This document shows, piece by piece, positions 42,589 through 52,999 of a DNA stretch of 64,000 nucleotides; the first letter of the stretch is position 1; each line of letters begins with the position of its first letter. The DNA lies in NCBI GenBank assembly GCA_963806225.1, contig CAWDXG010000001.1, forward strand, positions 1,120,001 to 1,184,000, written 5' to 3'. The notes below the pieces were generated by a model that made no database searches, was not told the DNA's origin, and saw only the letters and a list, made by a program, of their open reading frames with translations. Source of the stretch: an uncultured delta proteobacterium (GTDB taxonomy: Bacteria; Myxococcota_A; Polyangia; Polyangiales; Polyangiaceae). Made by a program: the position numbers and the translations under genes.

Positions 42589-44396
42589 AAGCCAGGACTT
42601 GGCGTAGCACCGTGGAGCGGGGGGAGAAAGGCGCGTCGCGCTCCGCTCGAGGGCATGGTCGACGCGCTCCCCAGCTGCCACTCTAGCTGGCCGGCGCGTC
42701 CCGTCACTTCCAGGCGCCCGCCGTGCACTCCCTCGAGGTGGCACCAGGTGCAAAGAGCGATCACGTTGTCGTCTTCGTCGCTGCCGCCACGCGAGCGGAA
42801 CTGCACGTGGTGCGGGGTCACATCGCGGCGCGAGCACACGGGCGACGAGCACGTGTAGCGGTCGCGGGCGTAGATGTGCGCGTATTTCTCCGTGCGCTCG
42901 GTGAGGTGGCGCCACGCTTTCCAGAAGGTGTCGCACAGCAGGCGCACGAAGCTCGTGCCGCGCGGCAGATGCTTGTGCATCACGCCGGCGAGCGTCCGCC
43001 AGAAGCGCGCCGTGTCGCGCGTCACGCGCAGATCCATCCGCATGCTCGCGCCGCCGGCGCCGAGCCTGGCGGACATCTGGCTTCGTGCTGCCAGCACTGC
43101 GTCGCGGTCGCCCGCGAGCACGCGCGACTCGAGCTTCCGGAGCTGCTGCACGGTCGCCTCGGGCGGCGGCGTCGCGCGTCCGCCGATGTCGCGTGAGAGC
43201 TCGGCGGCGCGCACCTCTTCTTCGAGGAGCTTCACGGTGCGGGCCCGCGCTCGATCGACCCAGGCATCGGCCGTCTCCGCTGTGGCGACGCGCGAGATCA
43301 AGAGAGCGGACTCGTAGCCAATCTCGCCCGCGCCCAGAGCCTCCCGGACGCGCCGGCACCAGCGCCGCGCCAGCGCGACCTTCGCCTTGAAGCTCGACGG
43401 CGAGATGCCGAGGCGCTCGCGCACGTACTGCGACCGGGTTGCGTAGCCGAGCCGACGCCAGCCCTCGGCTTCATGGAACGCCAGCGCGGCGCGGCCCAGC
43501 TCGACCTCGCGCTGACCCAGCTCCTGCCCGAGCTGGCGGATGCGCGTATCCAGCGCGTGCAGGCTCCCGGGCAGCTCGAAGAAGGGCGCGACGGGTTTGC
43601 CCCCGGGACCGCGCTCCGTGAAGTTGTCCTCGCAGCGCCTTTCCGATTCCTCGCGCCAGGCTTCGAGCTGTTGCCGCCAACGGTTCCTCGCCTCCGCCTC
43701 GCGCTCGCTCTGCTCGAACGCCTCCAGATCGTTTGCTGGCAGCGTGTGCGAGAGCGTGCTGTAGCTCTCCGCGAGCAGCGCGTGCACGAAGCCTTCGGTC
43801 GTGCGCTCTCCGAGGACGTGCTCGGCGAAGCGCCGCGTCCAGTGCCAGAGCCACGCATCCGCCGCGCCGAGCGTCACACCGAGCGTCACCTTGTCGACGG
43901 CGCCGGGCCCGGCGGCAGCGGGCGACAAACCCGCAGAGACCACCTCATTCAACTCGACCAGATGCGCCCGCATCCCGCGCACGGTCGAGCCGAGCGCCCG
44001 CGCCGTCAGCGGCGCGTCCGTCTCCGCCGTCGCGTGACGCGCGACCAGCTCCGCCATGCACCAGCCGACCGCGCCGCCCGACAGCGCCGCGCGGAGCTGC
44101 GGCAACTCCGCCACGCGCTGGGCGAGCAAGCGCGACTCGTTCGCCCAGCGCGCGCTCCGCCCACAACGCTCCCGCGCATACGCACCGAGCGACGAGAACC
44201 CGAGCGCGTGATGCCCGCCGCGTTGCGCCAGCAAATCCAGCAGCTCGCCCAGCATGAGTCGCGCCCTGCTCTCGCCGCGCACCAGCTCGGCCAGCCGCGC
44301 ATCGAGCCGCAGCACCTCGTTTGGCGGAGCCGCGCGCGCCCTCCGCTCCCCCACGCCGGTCACTGCGACCGCTGCGACCGCGCCCCCTGAAAACAT
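42576..44396 (-). CDS. Large HNH protein with duplicated DUF222-like N-terminal repeats (copy 1)
   Basis: LGFSSLGAYARERCG and LGYATRSQYVRERLG repeats; RDRYTCSSPVC..TPHHVQFRSRGGSDEDDNVIALCTWCH. Confidence 0.85.
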   Translation of the reverse strand: MFSGGAVAAVAVTGVGERRARAAPPNEVLRLDARLAELVRGESRARLMLGELLDLLAQRGGHHALGFSSLGAYARERCGRSARWANESRLLAQRVAELPQLRAALSGGAVGWCMAELVARHATAETDAPLTARALGSTVRGMRAHLVELNEVVSAGLSPAAAGPGAVDKVTLGVTLGAADAWLWHWTRRFAEHVLGERTTEGFVHALLAESYSTLSHTLPANDLEAFEQSEREAEARNRWRQQLEAWREESERRCEDNFTERGPGGKPVAPFFELPGSLHALDTRIRQLGQELGQREVELGRAALAFHEAEGWRRLGYATRSQYVRERLGISPSSFKAKVALARRWCRRVREALGAGEIGYESALLISRVATAETADAWVDRARARTVKLLEEEVRAAELSRDIGGRATPPPEATVQQLRKLESRVLAGDRDAVLAARSQMSARLGAGGASMRMDLRVTRDTARFWRTLAGVMHKHLPRGTSFVRLLCDTFWKAWRHLTERTEKYAHIYARDRYTCSSPVCSRRDVTPHHVQFRSRGGSDEDDNVIALCTWCHLEGVHGGRLEVTGRAGQLEWQLGSASTMPSSGARRAFLPPLHGATPSPGLCVM

Positions 44397-44402
44397 GGGG
44401 CT

Positions 44403-44431
44403 AGCGTAGGTTTTACTGAACATATGTCAAG
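44403..44431 (-). promoter_or_regulatory. Sigma70-type leaderless promoter with overlapping LexA-like box
   Basis: TTGACA-16-TACGCT-6 nt-ATG; CTGAAC-ATAT-GTCAAG at 44416-44431. Confidence 0.7.
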
Positions 44432-44585
44432 TGCAAGATGAGGGATTCTTTGCAGCCAGCGAGGGAGGGCGGACGCCGCCGCCGTCGCCTCCCGGCGTCG
44501 CGGCGTTCCATGTGGATATCGCGGTTCCGGGCGATGGCCCCACCACCTGTCCGTCCCCGGTCGCCTCGTCGGCTTCGGGCATCCG

Positions 44586-45205
44586 CTACGGCTTGCCGCC
44601 CTTCCACTTGCGCAGCTGGGCCACCTCGTCCGAGAGCTGCCCCCAGACGCGCTCCGCCTGCCGCCGTTTGTGCTTGTCGTGGCGCAGCTCGTTGGCGCGC
44701 GCCTCGCGCTCGAGCTTGCGGTAGTGGTCGAAGCGCTCGGCGTCCAGCTGCCCCGCTTCGACAGCTGCCTTCACCGCGCAGCCCGGCTCGTTGTCGTGCC
44801 GGCAGTCGCGAAAGCGGCAGCCCTCGGCGAGGCTCGCAATGTCCTCGAACACGGTGTCGAGCCCTGCCTCGTCGAGCAGCTGCAGCTCGCGCATGCCGGG
44901 GGTGTCGAGGAGCAGGCCGCCGTCGGGAAGGAGCACCAGCTGGCGATGGGTGGTGACGTGGCGACCGCGACTGTCGCTGGCGCGCACCTCGCCGGTGCGC
45001 ATGCGCTCCTCGCCCAGCAGTGCGTTGACCAGGGTCGACTTGCCGGCACCGGACGAGCCCACCAGCGCGACGGTCGTGCCCTCGCCGATGCTGGCGCGTA
45101 CCGCCTCCACACCTTCGGCGTGCAGGGCGCTGACGACGTAGACCGGAACGCCCACGGCGTGTCGCTCCACGGCGGCAACCCGCAGCGGGAGGTCCGCGCA
45201 GAGAG
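44586..45205 (-). pseudogene. rsgA: Ribosome small subunit-dependent GTPase A, N-terminally truncated
   Basis: GSSGAGKST, GRHVTT, DTPGMR, CRFRDCRHDNEPGC Zn knuckle; OB-fold and NKxD region missing. Confidence 0.88.
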
Positions 45206-45238
45206 GGGCGTGGCGCGCGGCCGCTACCCCGCGCGTCG

Positions 45239-47048
45239 CTACGGGCGCCCGGCGCCGAGCACCACATCGTGCTGCCGGGGCAATTCGGACCAGCCGCTCG
45301 AATCGGCGAGGGCGCGACCGCCCCCCAGCTGCCACTTCAGCCTGCCCGCGCTTCCCGTCACCTGGATGCGCCCGCCATGCACACCCTCCAGGTGACACCA
45401 CGTGCACAGGGCGATCACGTTCTCGTCCTCGTCGCTACCGCCGTGTGACCGGAACTGGACGTGGTGCGGCGTGACATCGTGGCGCGAGCACACGGGCGAT
45501 GAGCACGTGTAGCGGTCGCGGGCGTAGACGTGCGCGTACTTCTCGCTGCGCTCGGTGAGGTGGCGCCACGCTTTCCAGAATGTGTCGCACAGCAGGCGAG
45601 CGAAGCTGGCGTCGCGCGAGAGGTGTTTGTGCATCACACCGGCGAGGGCTCGCCAGAAGCGCGCCGTGTCGCGCGCCACCCGCAGATCCACCCGCACACT
45701 CGAAGCGCCGGCGCCGAGGCTGGCGGACATCTGGCTTTGTGCTTCGAGCACTGCATCGCGGTCGCCCGCTAGAACGCGCGACTCGAGCTGGCGGATCTGC
45801 TGCACCGTCTCTTCGGGCGGCGGCGAAACCCGTCCGCCGATGTCGCGCGAGAGCTCGGCAGCGCGCACCTCTTCTTCGAGGTGCTTCACCGTGCGGGCCT
45901 GCGCGCGCTCGATCCAGGCATCGGCCGTTTCCGCGGTCGCGACGCGCGAGATCAACAGCGCGGACTCGTAGCCGATCTCGCCCGCGCCCAGCGCTTCCCG
46001 CACGCGCCGACACCAACGCCGCGCCAGTGCGACCTTTGCCTTGAAGCTCGAGGGCGAGATCCCAAGCCGCTCGCGGACATACTGCGACTCGGTGGCGTAG
46101 CCGAGTCGCAGCCAGCCTTCGGCTTCATGGAAAGCGAGCGCGGCGCGGGCCAGCTCGACCTCGCGCTGACCCAGCTCCCGCCCGAGCTCGCGGAGGCGCG
46201 CATCCAGCGCGTGCAGGCTCCGGGGGAGCTCGAACAAGGGCGCGGCTGGTACGCCGCCGGGGCCGCGCTCGGTGAAGTTTTCCTCGCAGCGCTGCTCCGA
46301 TTCCTCGCGCCAGCTGTCGAGCTGTTGTCTCCACCTGGCCACGGCGTCGGCTTCGCGCTCGTCTTGATCGAGTAGCTCCAGATCTCTTTTTGGCAGGACA
46401 TGCGAGTGCGAGCTGTAGCTCTCCGAAAGCAGCGCGTGCACGAAGCCCTCGGTGGTGTGCTCGCCGAGAGCGTGCTCGGCAAAGCGGCGCGTCCACTGCC
46501 AGAGCCAGATGTCCGCCGCGCTCAGCGTCACGCCGAGCGTCACCATCTCGAACGTCCGATGGCTGGACGCGATTGCTCCAGAGCTCCTCCACGGGGAGCT
46601 CGCTCGAGCTCGGCTTCGCCACCAGAAGCGCGCGCATCTGCCGCACCGTGGAGCGCGAGGCCCGCCCGGTCAGTGCCGCGTCCGTCTCGGCGGTCGCGTG
46701 ACGGGCAACCAGCTCGGCCATGCACCAGCCGATCGCGCCGCCCGCGAGCGCTGCGCGCAACTGCGGCAACTGCGCCACACGCTCCGCCAGAAGGCGCGCC
46801 TCGTTCGCCCAGCGCGCACTGCGCCCGCAGCGCTCCCGCGCATACGCACCCAGCGACGAGAACCCGAGCTCGTGATGCCCGCCGCGCCGCGCCAGCAGCT
46901 CCAGCAGCTCGCCGAGCATCAGCCGCGCCTGGCTCTCGCCCCGCACCAGCTCGGCAAGTCGCGTGTCGAGCCGCAGCACCTCTTCCGGCGCCGCGCGCTT
47001 GCCTACCCTGGTCGACTGCCTCGCAGCGAGCGCTCCCCCGGAAAACAT
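45239..47048 (-). CDS. Large HNH protein, copy 2 (1-nt frameshift near 46550)
   Basis: ORFs 46125..47048 and 45239..46546 together align by eye over the length of copy 1. Confidence 0.85.
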
Positions 47049-47054
47049 GGGAGG

Positions 47055-47096
47055 AACCTAATCTTTACTGAACACCTGTCAAGTATCTGTTCAGGG
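47055..47096 (-). promoter_or_regulatory. Sigma70-type leaderless promoter with LexA-like box(es)
   Basis: TTGACA-16-TAGGTT-6 nt-ATG; CTGAAC-ACCT-GTCAAG at 47068-47083 plus an extra half-site ATCTGTTCAGG. Confidence 0.7.
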
Positions 47097-47429
47097 ATTC
47101 TTCGTGAACGCCGAGGGCGGATGGACGCTCGCTGCTCGGCCGGCGCGGGAGCATGGCGTCGCCCGCTGGTTGGTCTTGTCTCGGAGGCGCTGAGCGATGA
47201 CGAGGTGGCGGAACTGGCGAGCCACGTGGCAGACAAGCCGATCCGCTATGTGGACGTCGGCAGCGAGCGACGAACACGGCGGATACGCCTGCTGCAGCTA
47301 CCCCGATGACACCCGCTGTCGCGCCTGCGACGCCTTCGGCAAGCGCGGCATGTCGCCGTTCTACTGCCGCGACGGCTGGTGCGATCAGTCGCCGTAGGGA
47401 AGTGCTGCCGCGCTAGGTTGCGCTCTTGT

Positions 47430-47800
47430 TCAACCAGCGAGACATCGCGGGACCCGAAGGGCCTTCAAGGTCACCGCGCGCGTCAGCCACTCATCCAGTG
47501 TGGCGATGTCGCGGCAGGCGCGCACGCGCTTTGCGACCTTGTCGGGCACCGCGAAGCCGCGCGTCTCGAGGACACGCAGCACGCCTTCGGCCTTGCCCTT
47601 TGCCTCGCCTTCGGCTCTGCCCTTCGCCTCGCTTTCGGCTTTGCCTTCCGCGATCGCTTCGACCTGCTGCTGATGGAGCTTCCGGACGAAATCGCTCTGG
47701 TATTCGTACTTCTGGACCATGATGGCTTCCACTTGCCTGCGTGCGGCCGTGGCTCGACGCCGAGAGCATCGTGTCGAGGTCGAGCATAGCGCGCTCGGGG
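47430..47800 (-). pseudogene. C-terminal remnant of an Rpn/PD-(D/E)XK-associated protein
   Basis: YEYQSDF..AEGKAE/AEGEAKG repeats..VLETRG..DIATLDEWLTRAVT; upstream part is out of frame or absent. Confidence 0.65.
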
Positions 47801-47898
47801 TAGACGGTCATGCAGTGTCCGGCGCTCGCCGGCGCCCAGGCCTCTCGACATTCTCGTGGGTTTTCGGGTAGGTCCGTCGGGTCCCCCCAGGAGCACGC

Positions 47899-49788
47899 AT
47901 GACCGACGAGACTGCCGCGCGACAATCCGAGGCTCACGAGTTCGAATCCGTGGAGGAGTCGATGGAGCCCCGGGAGTTGCTGCCCGGTGCGAAGCACCCT
48001 GACCAGATGTACGTGCCGGCGCCGGGCGAGAAGCAGCTCACCCTGCGGGCGGTGATCGCGGGCTGCTTCGTGGGCAGTGTGGTGGCCTGCACCAATATCT
48101 ACATCGGCTTGAAGATCGGCTGGAGCTTCGGCGCGGCGATCATCTCGGCCGTGCTGGGATTCGCGATCTTCTCGGCTCTGGGCAAGCGTCTGAGCGTGCT
48201 CGAGACCAACATCACCCAGACCGCCGGCAGCGCCGCGGGCGCGATGGCCGCCGCGGCGGGGCTGCTCTCGGCGATCCCGGCGATGCAGATGCTCGGGCAT
48301 CGCATTTCCCCGTGGCACCTGGCCGTGTGGTCGCTCTCGATCGCCTTTCTAGGCGTCTTTTTCATCGTGCCCCTCCGCTACCAGATGGTCGAGGTCGAGA
48401 GGCTGCGTTTCCCTACGGGCACGGCCACCGCCGAGACGATACTGGCGATGTTCGCCGAGGCGGCCGAAGCCGCCGCCCAGGCCAAGGTGCTGTTGTGGGC
48501 CGGCGTCATCGCGGGACTGTACGCGCTGGGTGCGCACTTCTTCCACTTCATGGAGCAGCCCCCGCTCGTCGCGTGGGCCAAGGCTGCGCTGCCGGGCACG
48601 GCCATTGCCGCCGCAGTGGCCCTCGCCGCGGCCTGGAGCTTCAAGATCTACTTCGGTCCCGCCCTTTTCGGCGCGGGCTTCCTGATCGGGCCGCGGGTGG
48701 CCCTGTCGTTGATGCTGGGCGCGATCGTCGCCTGGGGGATGCTGGGGCCGCTGGCCCAATCGCAGGGCTGGGTGACCGGCAAGATCATGAGCTACGCCGA
48801 CGGCCCGCGCGGCTGGATCCTCTGGCCCGGCGTGGCCTTGATGGTCAGCGAGGCGCTCGCCACCCTGGTCTTCAGCTGGCGCACTTTCGTGCGCGCGCTG
48901 AAGCGGCCCACGCAGCTCGCCACGGTGGAGAAGGCGGCCGCCGGCGAGCCCACGAAGGAGGTCGATCCCGACGCGATTCCCAACGCCTGGTGGATGGGCG
49001 GCCTCGCTCTCGGCTCCATGCTCACCATGGTGATCGCGTACCTGGTCTTCGATATCGAATGGTGGATGACCCTGATCGCGATCGCGCTGTCGTCCGTGCT
49101 GGCGATCGTGGCGGTGCGCTCGACCGGCGAGACCGACATCAACCCGATCGGTGGCATGGGCAAGGTCACGCAGCTGGTCTACGGCGCGCTGGCGCCCGGG
49201 CAGATCGCCACCAACCTGATGGCCGCCGCGATCACCGGCGCCGGGGCCTCGCAGGCTGCGGACATGATGCAGGACCTGAAGACGGGCCACATGCTCGGCG
49301 CGTCCCCGCGCAAGCAGTTCGTGGCGCAGCTTGTGGGCATCGGTGCGGGTGTCGTCTTCGTCGTGCCCGTCTACTTCGTCTTCACCTCCGCCTACAAGCT
49401 GGGTCAGGGTCAGATGCCCGCGCCCGCGGCGATGGCGTGGAAGGCGATGGCGGAGCTCCTGGCTCACGGTCTCGGCGCGCTGCCCACCCACGCGGGGTGG
49501 GCGGTGCTCATCGCCGCACTGGCCGGCATTGCGATGGCCGGGCTGCGACGTGTGAAGCGCATCGCGTTCTACGTGCCCAGCGGCCTCGCTTGCGGCATCG
49601 CCTTCATCATCCCCGCGTTCTACTCGATGGTCATGTTCTTCGGGCTCGTCGCCTGGTGGCTCTGGAAGAAGAAGAACCCGACGTTGGTCGAGCGCTTCAA
49701 CTTCGTGTTCGCCTCGGGGCTGATCGCGGGGGCGGGCTTGATGGGCATCGTCAACGCCGTGCTCACCATCCTGCACATCGGCGGCTGA
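47899..49788 (+). CDS. OPT/YSL-family oligopeptide or metal-chelate transporter
   Basis: QLTLRA, YIGLKIGW, ETNITQT, FPTGTATA, TDINP, MQDLKTG, PAPAA; AGGAG SD. Confidence 0.92.
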   Translation: MTDETAARQSEAHEFESVEESMEPRELLPGAKHPDQMYVPAPGEKQLTLRAVIAGCFVGSVVACTNIYIGLKIGWSFGAAIISAVLGFAIFSALGKRLSVLETNITQTAGSAAGAMAAAAGLLSAIPAMQMLGHRISPWHLAVWSLSIAFLGVFFIVPLRYQMVEVERLRFPTGTATAETILAMFAEAAEAAAQAKVLLWAGVIAGLYALGAHFFHFMEQPPLVAWAKAALPGTAIAAAVALAAAWSFKIYFGPALFGAGFLIGPRVALSLMLGAIVAWGMLGPLAQSQGWVTGKIMSYADGPRGWILWPGVALMVSEALATLVFSWRTFVRALKRPTQLATVEKAAAGEPTKEVDPDAIPNAWWMGGLALGSMLTMVIAYLVFDIEWWMTLIAIALSSVLAIVAVRSTGETDINPIGGMGKVTQLVYGALAPGQIATNLMAAAITGAGASQAADMMQDLKTGHMLGASPRKQFVAQLVGIGAGVVFVVPVYFVFTSAYKLGQGQMPAPAAMAWKAMAELLAHGLGALPTHAGWAVLIAALAGIAMAGLRRVKRIAFYVPSGLACGIAFIIPAFYSMVMFFGLVAWWLWKKKNPTLVERFNFVFASGLIAGAGLMGIVNAVLTILHIGG

Positions 49789-49864
49789 ACGCCGCCGGCG
49801 CCTACTGCGTCCGCGCGATGGCGCGGCGCGAACGCTGCGATTCGGGGTGCGTTCGCGGTTGCGC

Positions 49865-49904
49865 GGGTGGCGACGTCGCTGTCCGCCGGTGGCGGCCGCC
49901 ACTC
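49865..49904. repeat. 40-bp palindromic repeat, copy A
   Basis: GGGTGGCGACGTCGCTGTCCGCCGGTGGCGGCCGCCACTC, 5 nt beyond the stop of ORF 49910..50626. Confidence 0.75.
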
Positions 49905-49909
49905 TCGGT

Positions 49910-50626
49910 TCAGCGCGCGGCCGGGTGTACCTGGCGTAGTGCGTTGCCTACGAGGCCCCGCCACTCCTCGTCGTTGGGGCTGTGGCTCATGCGCCCGATG
50001 ACGAAGCCGATGGCGGCGCCGTTCTGGATGACGGAATAGATCTGCTCGCCGTGGCGGTAGACGACGAGGTGCTCTCCGCCGTCCAGCACACCCTTGAAGT
50101 CGAAGAGGCGCTGGCCGGGGCCGAGCGCGCGTTCGACTTCGGTGAGTGTTGCGCGCACTGGAACCGGAAACACACCCGCATTGGTGGGCCAGTTGCCGCC
50201 GAACCAGGCGATCGCGGTTGCCTTGCCCGCCGGGGTGGAGCCTTCCTTGGCGGGCGTAGCGAGCACCGCGAGAACGGTGGCGTCGGGCAGCGCGCGCTTG
50301 TGGTTGCAGGGGGCAAAGAACCACACGTGTCGCTTCCCGCTTTCGATCGGGTCGTCGTCGCAGAGCGATGACTTGTGGCGACCTCCGAAGTCACCGATCG
50401 TCGCACCAAGGCGCAGCCCTTCGAGGTTGAAGGCGGACGCTTCGAAGCTTGCACGGGCGGGAGTTGTCGGCGTCTCGGCCGTGCCCTCCGGTCCGCGATG
50501 GGTCGGCGGTGCGACCTCGACCACAGCTGGAGCCGGTCGTTGTGCGTGAGACGCCGTTCGCCTCGGGGCAGCGCAGGCGACCATCGCAGCGGCCAAGCCA
50601 AACAGCACGCAACGCAACACCGCCAC
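49910..50626 (-). CDS. Hypothetical lipoprotein
   Basis: LAAAMVAC lipobox, Pro/Thr linker, globular C-terminus. Confidence 0.65.
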   Translation of the reverse strand: MAVLRCVLFGLAAAMVACAAPRRTASHAQRPAPAVVEVAPPTHRGPEGTAETPTTPARASFEASAFNLEGLRLGATIGDFGGRHKSSLCDDDPIESGKRHVWFFAPCNHKRALPDATVLAVLATPAKEGSTPAGKATAIAWFGGNWPTNAGVFPVPVRATLTEVERALGPGQRLFDFKGVLDGGEHLVVYRHGEQIYSVIQNGAAIGFVIGRMSHSPNDEEWRGLVGNALRQVHPAAR

Positions 50627-50749
50627 GGTGTACCACGAAGCTGATCCACGAAGCTGCGCCGTCGCCCCGCGTCGCGCGCTACTGCTGAATATGGCAGCCT
50701 GGGGAGCTACTGCAGGTGTCCACCGCGATGCTCGCGATCTGTCGCCAGC

Positions 50750-51260
50750 TCAGGTCGACGCCGCCGCGGGCGCTCTCCCTGCCGAGTCTAGCGACGACCC
50801 GCTGGGGTGCCCGTGCGTGACGACGGCCGTATCGCGCGCCGCTTCGAAGGCCTCCTCCCGCGATGCCGCCGCGAGCCCCAACGGCGCCGAACGCATGATC
50901 GCGCCGCAGCCCTTGCTGTTGTTCGGAGGGTGCTCGACGCTCGGCGTTCGCCACTCGCTTGCCTGTGAACGCAGCGCGCCGAGGTTGGTGTTGCCGGGCG
51001 CCCGGCGCGCGTGCAGCCGCGCGTCGCCGACCAGCCACCCGCGCTCGCTCGGCGAATCGAGTAGCAGATTGGGCGACTGGGTGACGAGCCAGCGGAGCAG
51101 CGCGTGCTGCACGACGTTCACCAGCGACGCACCGCCGCGCTCCTGTGCGCGCTGCTGCGTACGGATGACGCCTTCCGCGACGAACAGCGTCATCTGCGTG
51201 TCGTCGGAGATGGCCGCCGGGCCGTGGTGGTCGGGGGCGAGCGACGCGGGCGGCTCCGAC
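50750..51260 (-). pseudogene. ADP-ribosylglycohydrolase (ARH/DraG-like) internal fragment
   Basis: ISDDTQMT, RAPGNT, SKGCGAIMRSAPLG, THGHP; both termini missing. Confidence 0.82.
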
Positions 51261-51797
51261 GGCGTGTACGCCGCGCTGCTCGACGACCGGCGCTTCACCG
51301 CGCTCTACAAGAAGCGCGGCACCAGCTCCACCAAGGAGTACGAGGTCAATCCGCTGGGCCTGGTCGTGCGCGACGGCGTGCTCACGCTCGTCTGCACCTT
51401 CTGGGACTACGACGACGTGAACCACATGTTGCTGCACCGCATGACCCGCGCCGACCCGCTCGAAAGGCGCGCCCGCCGCCCGCGCGGCTTCGATCTCGAC
51501 CAACACGTCGCCTCCGGAGGCGTCGGCTTCGCGCTCGGCGATCCCATCGTGCTCGAGGCTCTCGTCGACGAATCGGTCGCCCTCACCCTCGCCGAGACGC
51601 CCATCGCCAACGACCAGCAGCTGACGCCCGATGGCGCGTCACGCAAGCGTCTGCGCGCCACCGTTCCCGACACCATGGAACTGCGAGGCTGGCTCCTCGG
51701 CTACGGCGCGCTGATCGAGGTGAAGAAGCCGAAGGCGCTGCGCGAGGAGATGCGCGAAACGGTGCGCGCGATGGCGGAGAGGTATGGAGCGGGGTGA
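51260..51797 (+). pseudogene. WYL/WCX transcriptional regulator lacking its N-terminal HTH
   Basis: VNPLGLVVRDGVLTLVC..LLHRM, FDL, WLLGYG..IEVKKPKALRE. Confidence 0.8.
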
Positions 51798-52214
51798 ACG
51801 GCGCGTGACGCCTGGCTAGGCAACGGGATGCGCTTCGGCCGCCCGTTTCCACAACTCGCGCCAACTCGGCCGCGAATGTCGTGCGGGAACCAGGAAGTAG
51901 CCATGTTCGAACGTGCCGAAGATATCGCCTTGGCCAGAGGCTAGATCGAGCAGGTTGATCAGGCCGACCACGGCGTCCAGTTCGTCGTCCGACGATAGCT
52001 CTTCCGGCAACGATACCTTGAGGGTCGCGTGCAGCCGCGGCGAATCCGGCTTTTCGCGTGACGCCTGGTACGGCTGCACCTGGCGCCGGCGCGACCGCCT
52101 CGCGCCAGGTCGGGGCACGACGCCGCTGTGTCGAGCCTTCACACTGGCTCGAGCGCGTGCAGTGCGGCTTCGACCCAACCGAAGCCGACGCGCTCCTGCT
52201 CGAGGCGGACCCGC

Positions 52215-52517
52215 TCAGCCCGTCGCCTTGAACGGGCGGATCTTCTGGATGTCCTTGCTTGCCTCGATCTCCGCCCGCCTGAGATCGTACGCGCTCTGCA
52301 GATTCAGCCAGAACTGCGCCGTCGTTCCGGGGAAGAACCGCTCCAGCCGGAGCGCCGTGTCCGGCGTCAGTGCGCGCGTTGCGTTCAGGATCCCGGTGAC
52401 GCGATTCGCCGGCACGTGCAGCGCCGTCGCCAGCGCGTTGGCGGACATGCCCAGCTCCTCGAGCTGCTCGCGCAGGACCTCGCCGGGCGAGACGGGCCGC
52501 ATCTTGTTTCGGGTCAT
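52215..52517 (-). CDS. higA: HigA family antitoxin
   Basis: PVSPGEVLRE..MSANALA..TPDTALRL..FWLNLQ. Confidence 0.92.
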   Translation of the reverse strand: MTRNKMRPVSPGEVLREQLEELGMSANALATALHVPANRVTGILNATRALTPDTALRLERFFPGTTAQFWLNLQSAYDLRRAEIEASKDIQKIRPFKATG

Positions 52518-52533
52518 GGGTTCTTCTCCCAGA

Positions 52534-52812
52534 TCAATGATAGTCGACGATCTCCACCTCGTAGGCGTCTCCGTCGTGCCAGCGGAAGCAGACCCGCCAC
52601 TGGTCGTTGATGCGGATCGAGTGCTGCCCCTTGCGATGGCCGCGCAGAGCTTCGAGTCGGTTGCCCGGCAGGCCGCCCAGCACGTCCAGCGACGTGGCGG
52701 CGTCGAGGATCGCCAGCTTCCGCTCGGCCTTCTCGCGGAACCCGTCGAAAACGCGCACCCGCTCGCCCTGCCACAGGCGTGCAGTCTGCTTGCTGCCGAA
52801 CGTGCGGATCAC
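52534..52812 (-). CDS. higB: HigB (RelE-like) toxin
   Basis: MIRTF..PGNRLEAL..HSIRINDQWRVCFRW..VEIVDYH; toxin-first gene order. Confidence 0.93.
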   Translation of the reverse strand: MIRTFGSKQTARLWQGERVRVFDGFREKAERKLAILDAATSLDVLGGLPGNRLEALRGHRKGQHSIRINDQWRVCFRWHDGDAYEVEIVDYH

Positions 52813-52822
52813 CCAAGCTCCA

Positions 52823-52853
52823 AACGTAGGTTGTTTTACGTGTTACGTCAAAC
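52823..52853 (-). promoter_or_regulatory. higBA promoter with inverted-repeat operator
   Basis: TTGACG-17-TACGTT; IR GTTTTACGT-GTT-ACGTCAAAC (52833-52853) overlaps the -35. Confidence 0.75.
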
Positions 52854-52958
52854 GGAAAGCCTCGGCGCCACGGCGAGGCGCCGGTGGTCGGAAGTTGAAT
52901 AGCAACGAGCATGCCGCAGTGGTGTCCCGGCAAGTCGTGTGTGAACGGTGGTCTGGCG

Positions 52959-52998
52959 CGGTGGCGACGCCGCTGTCCGCCGGCGGCCGCCGCCACTC
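52959..52998. repeat. 40-bp palindromic repeat, copy B
   Basis: CGGTGGCGACGCCGCTGTCCGCCGGCGGCCGCCGCCACTC, 1 nt beyond the phosphatase stop. Confidence 0.75.
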
Positions 52999-52999
52999 G

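Noticed and set aside
42576..47048. IscB/Cas9-like RNA-guided nucleases
   Set aside because: No split RuvC or PLMP motifs seen; HNH is C-terminal and the promoter abuts the ATG, leaving no room for an upstream guide RNA.
47120..47397. Coding shards (SEALSDDEVAEL.., Cys-rich tail)
   Set aside because: Too short and unrecognisable to assign.
50628..51260. N-terminal half of the 389-aa WYL ORF as a novel fusion domain
   Set aside because: It is the antisense of the ARH fragment.
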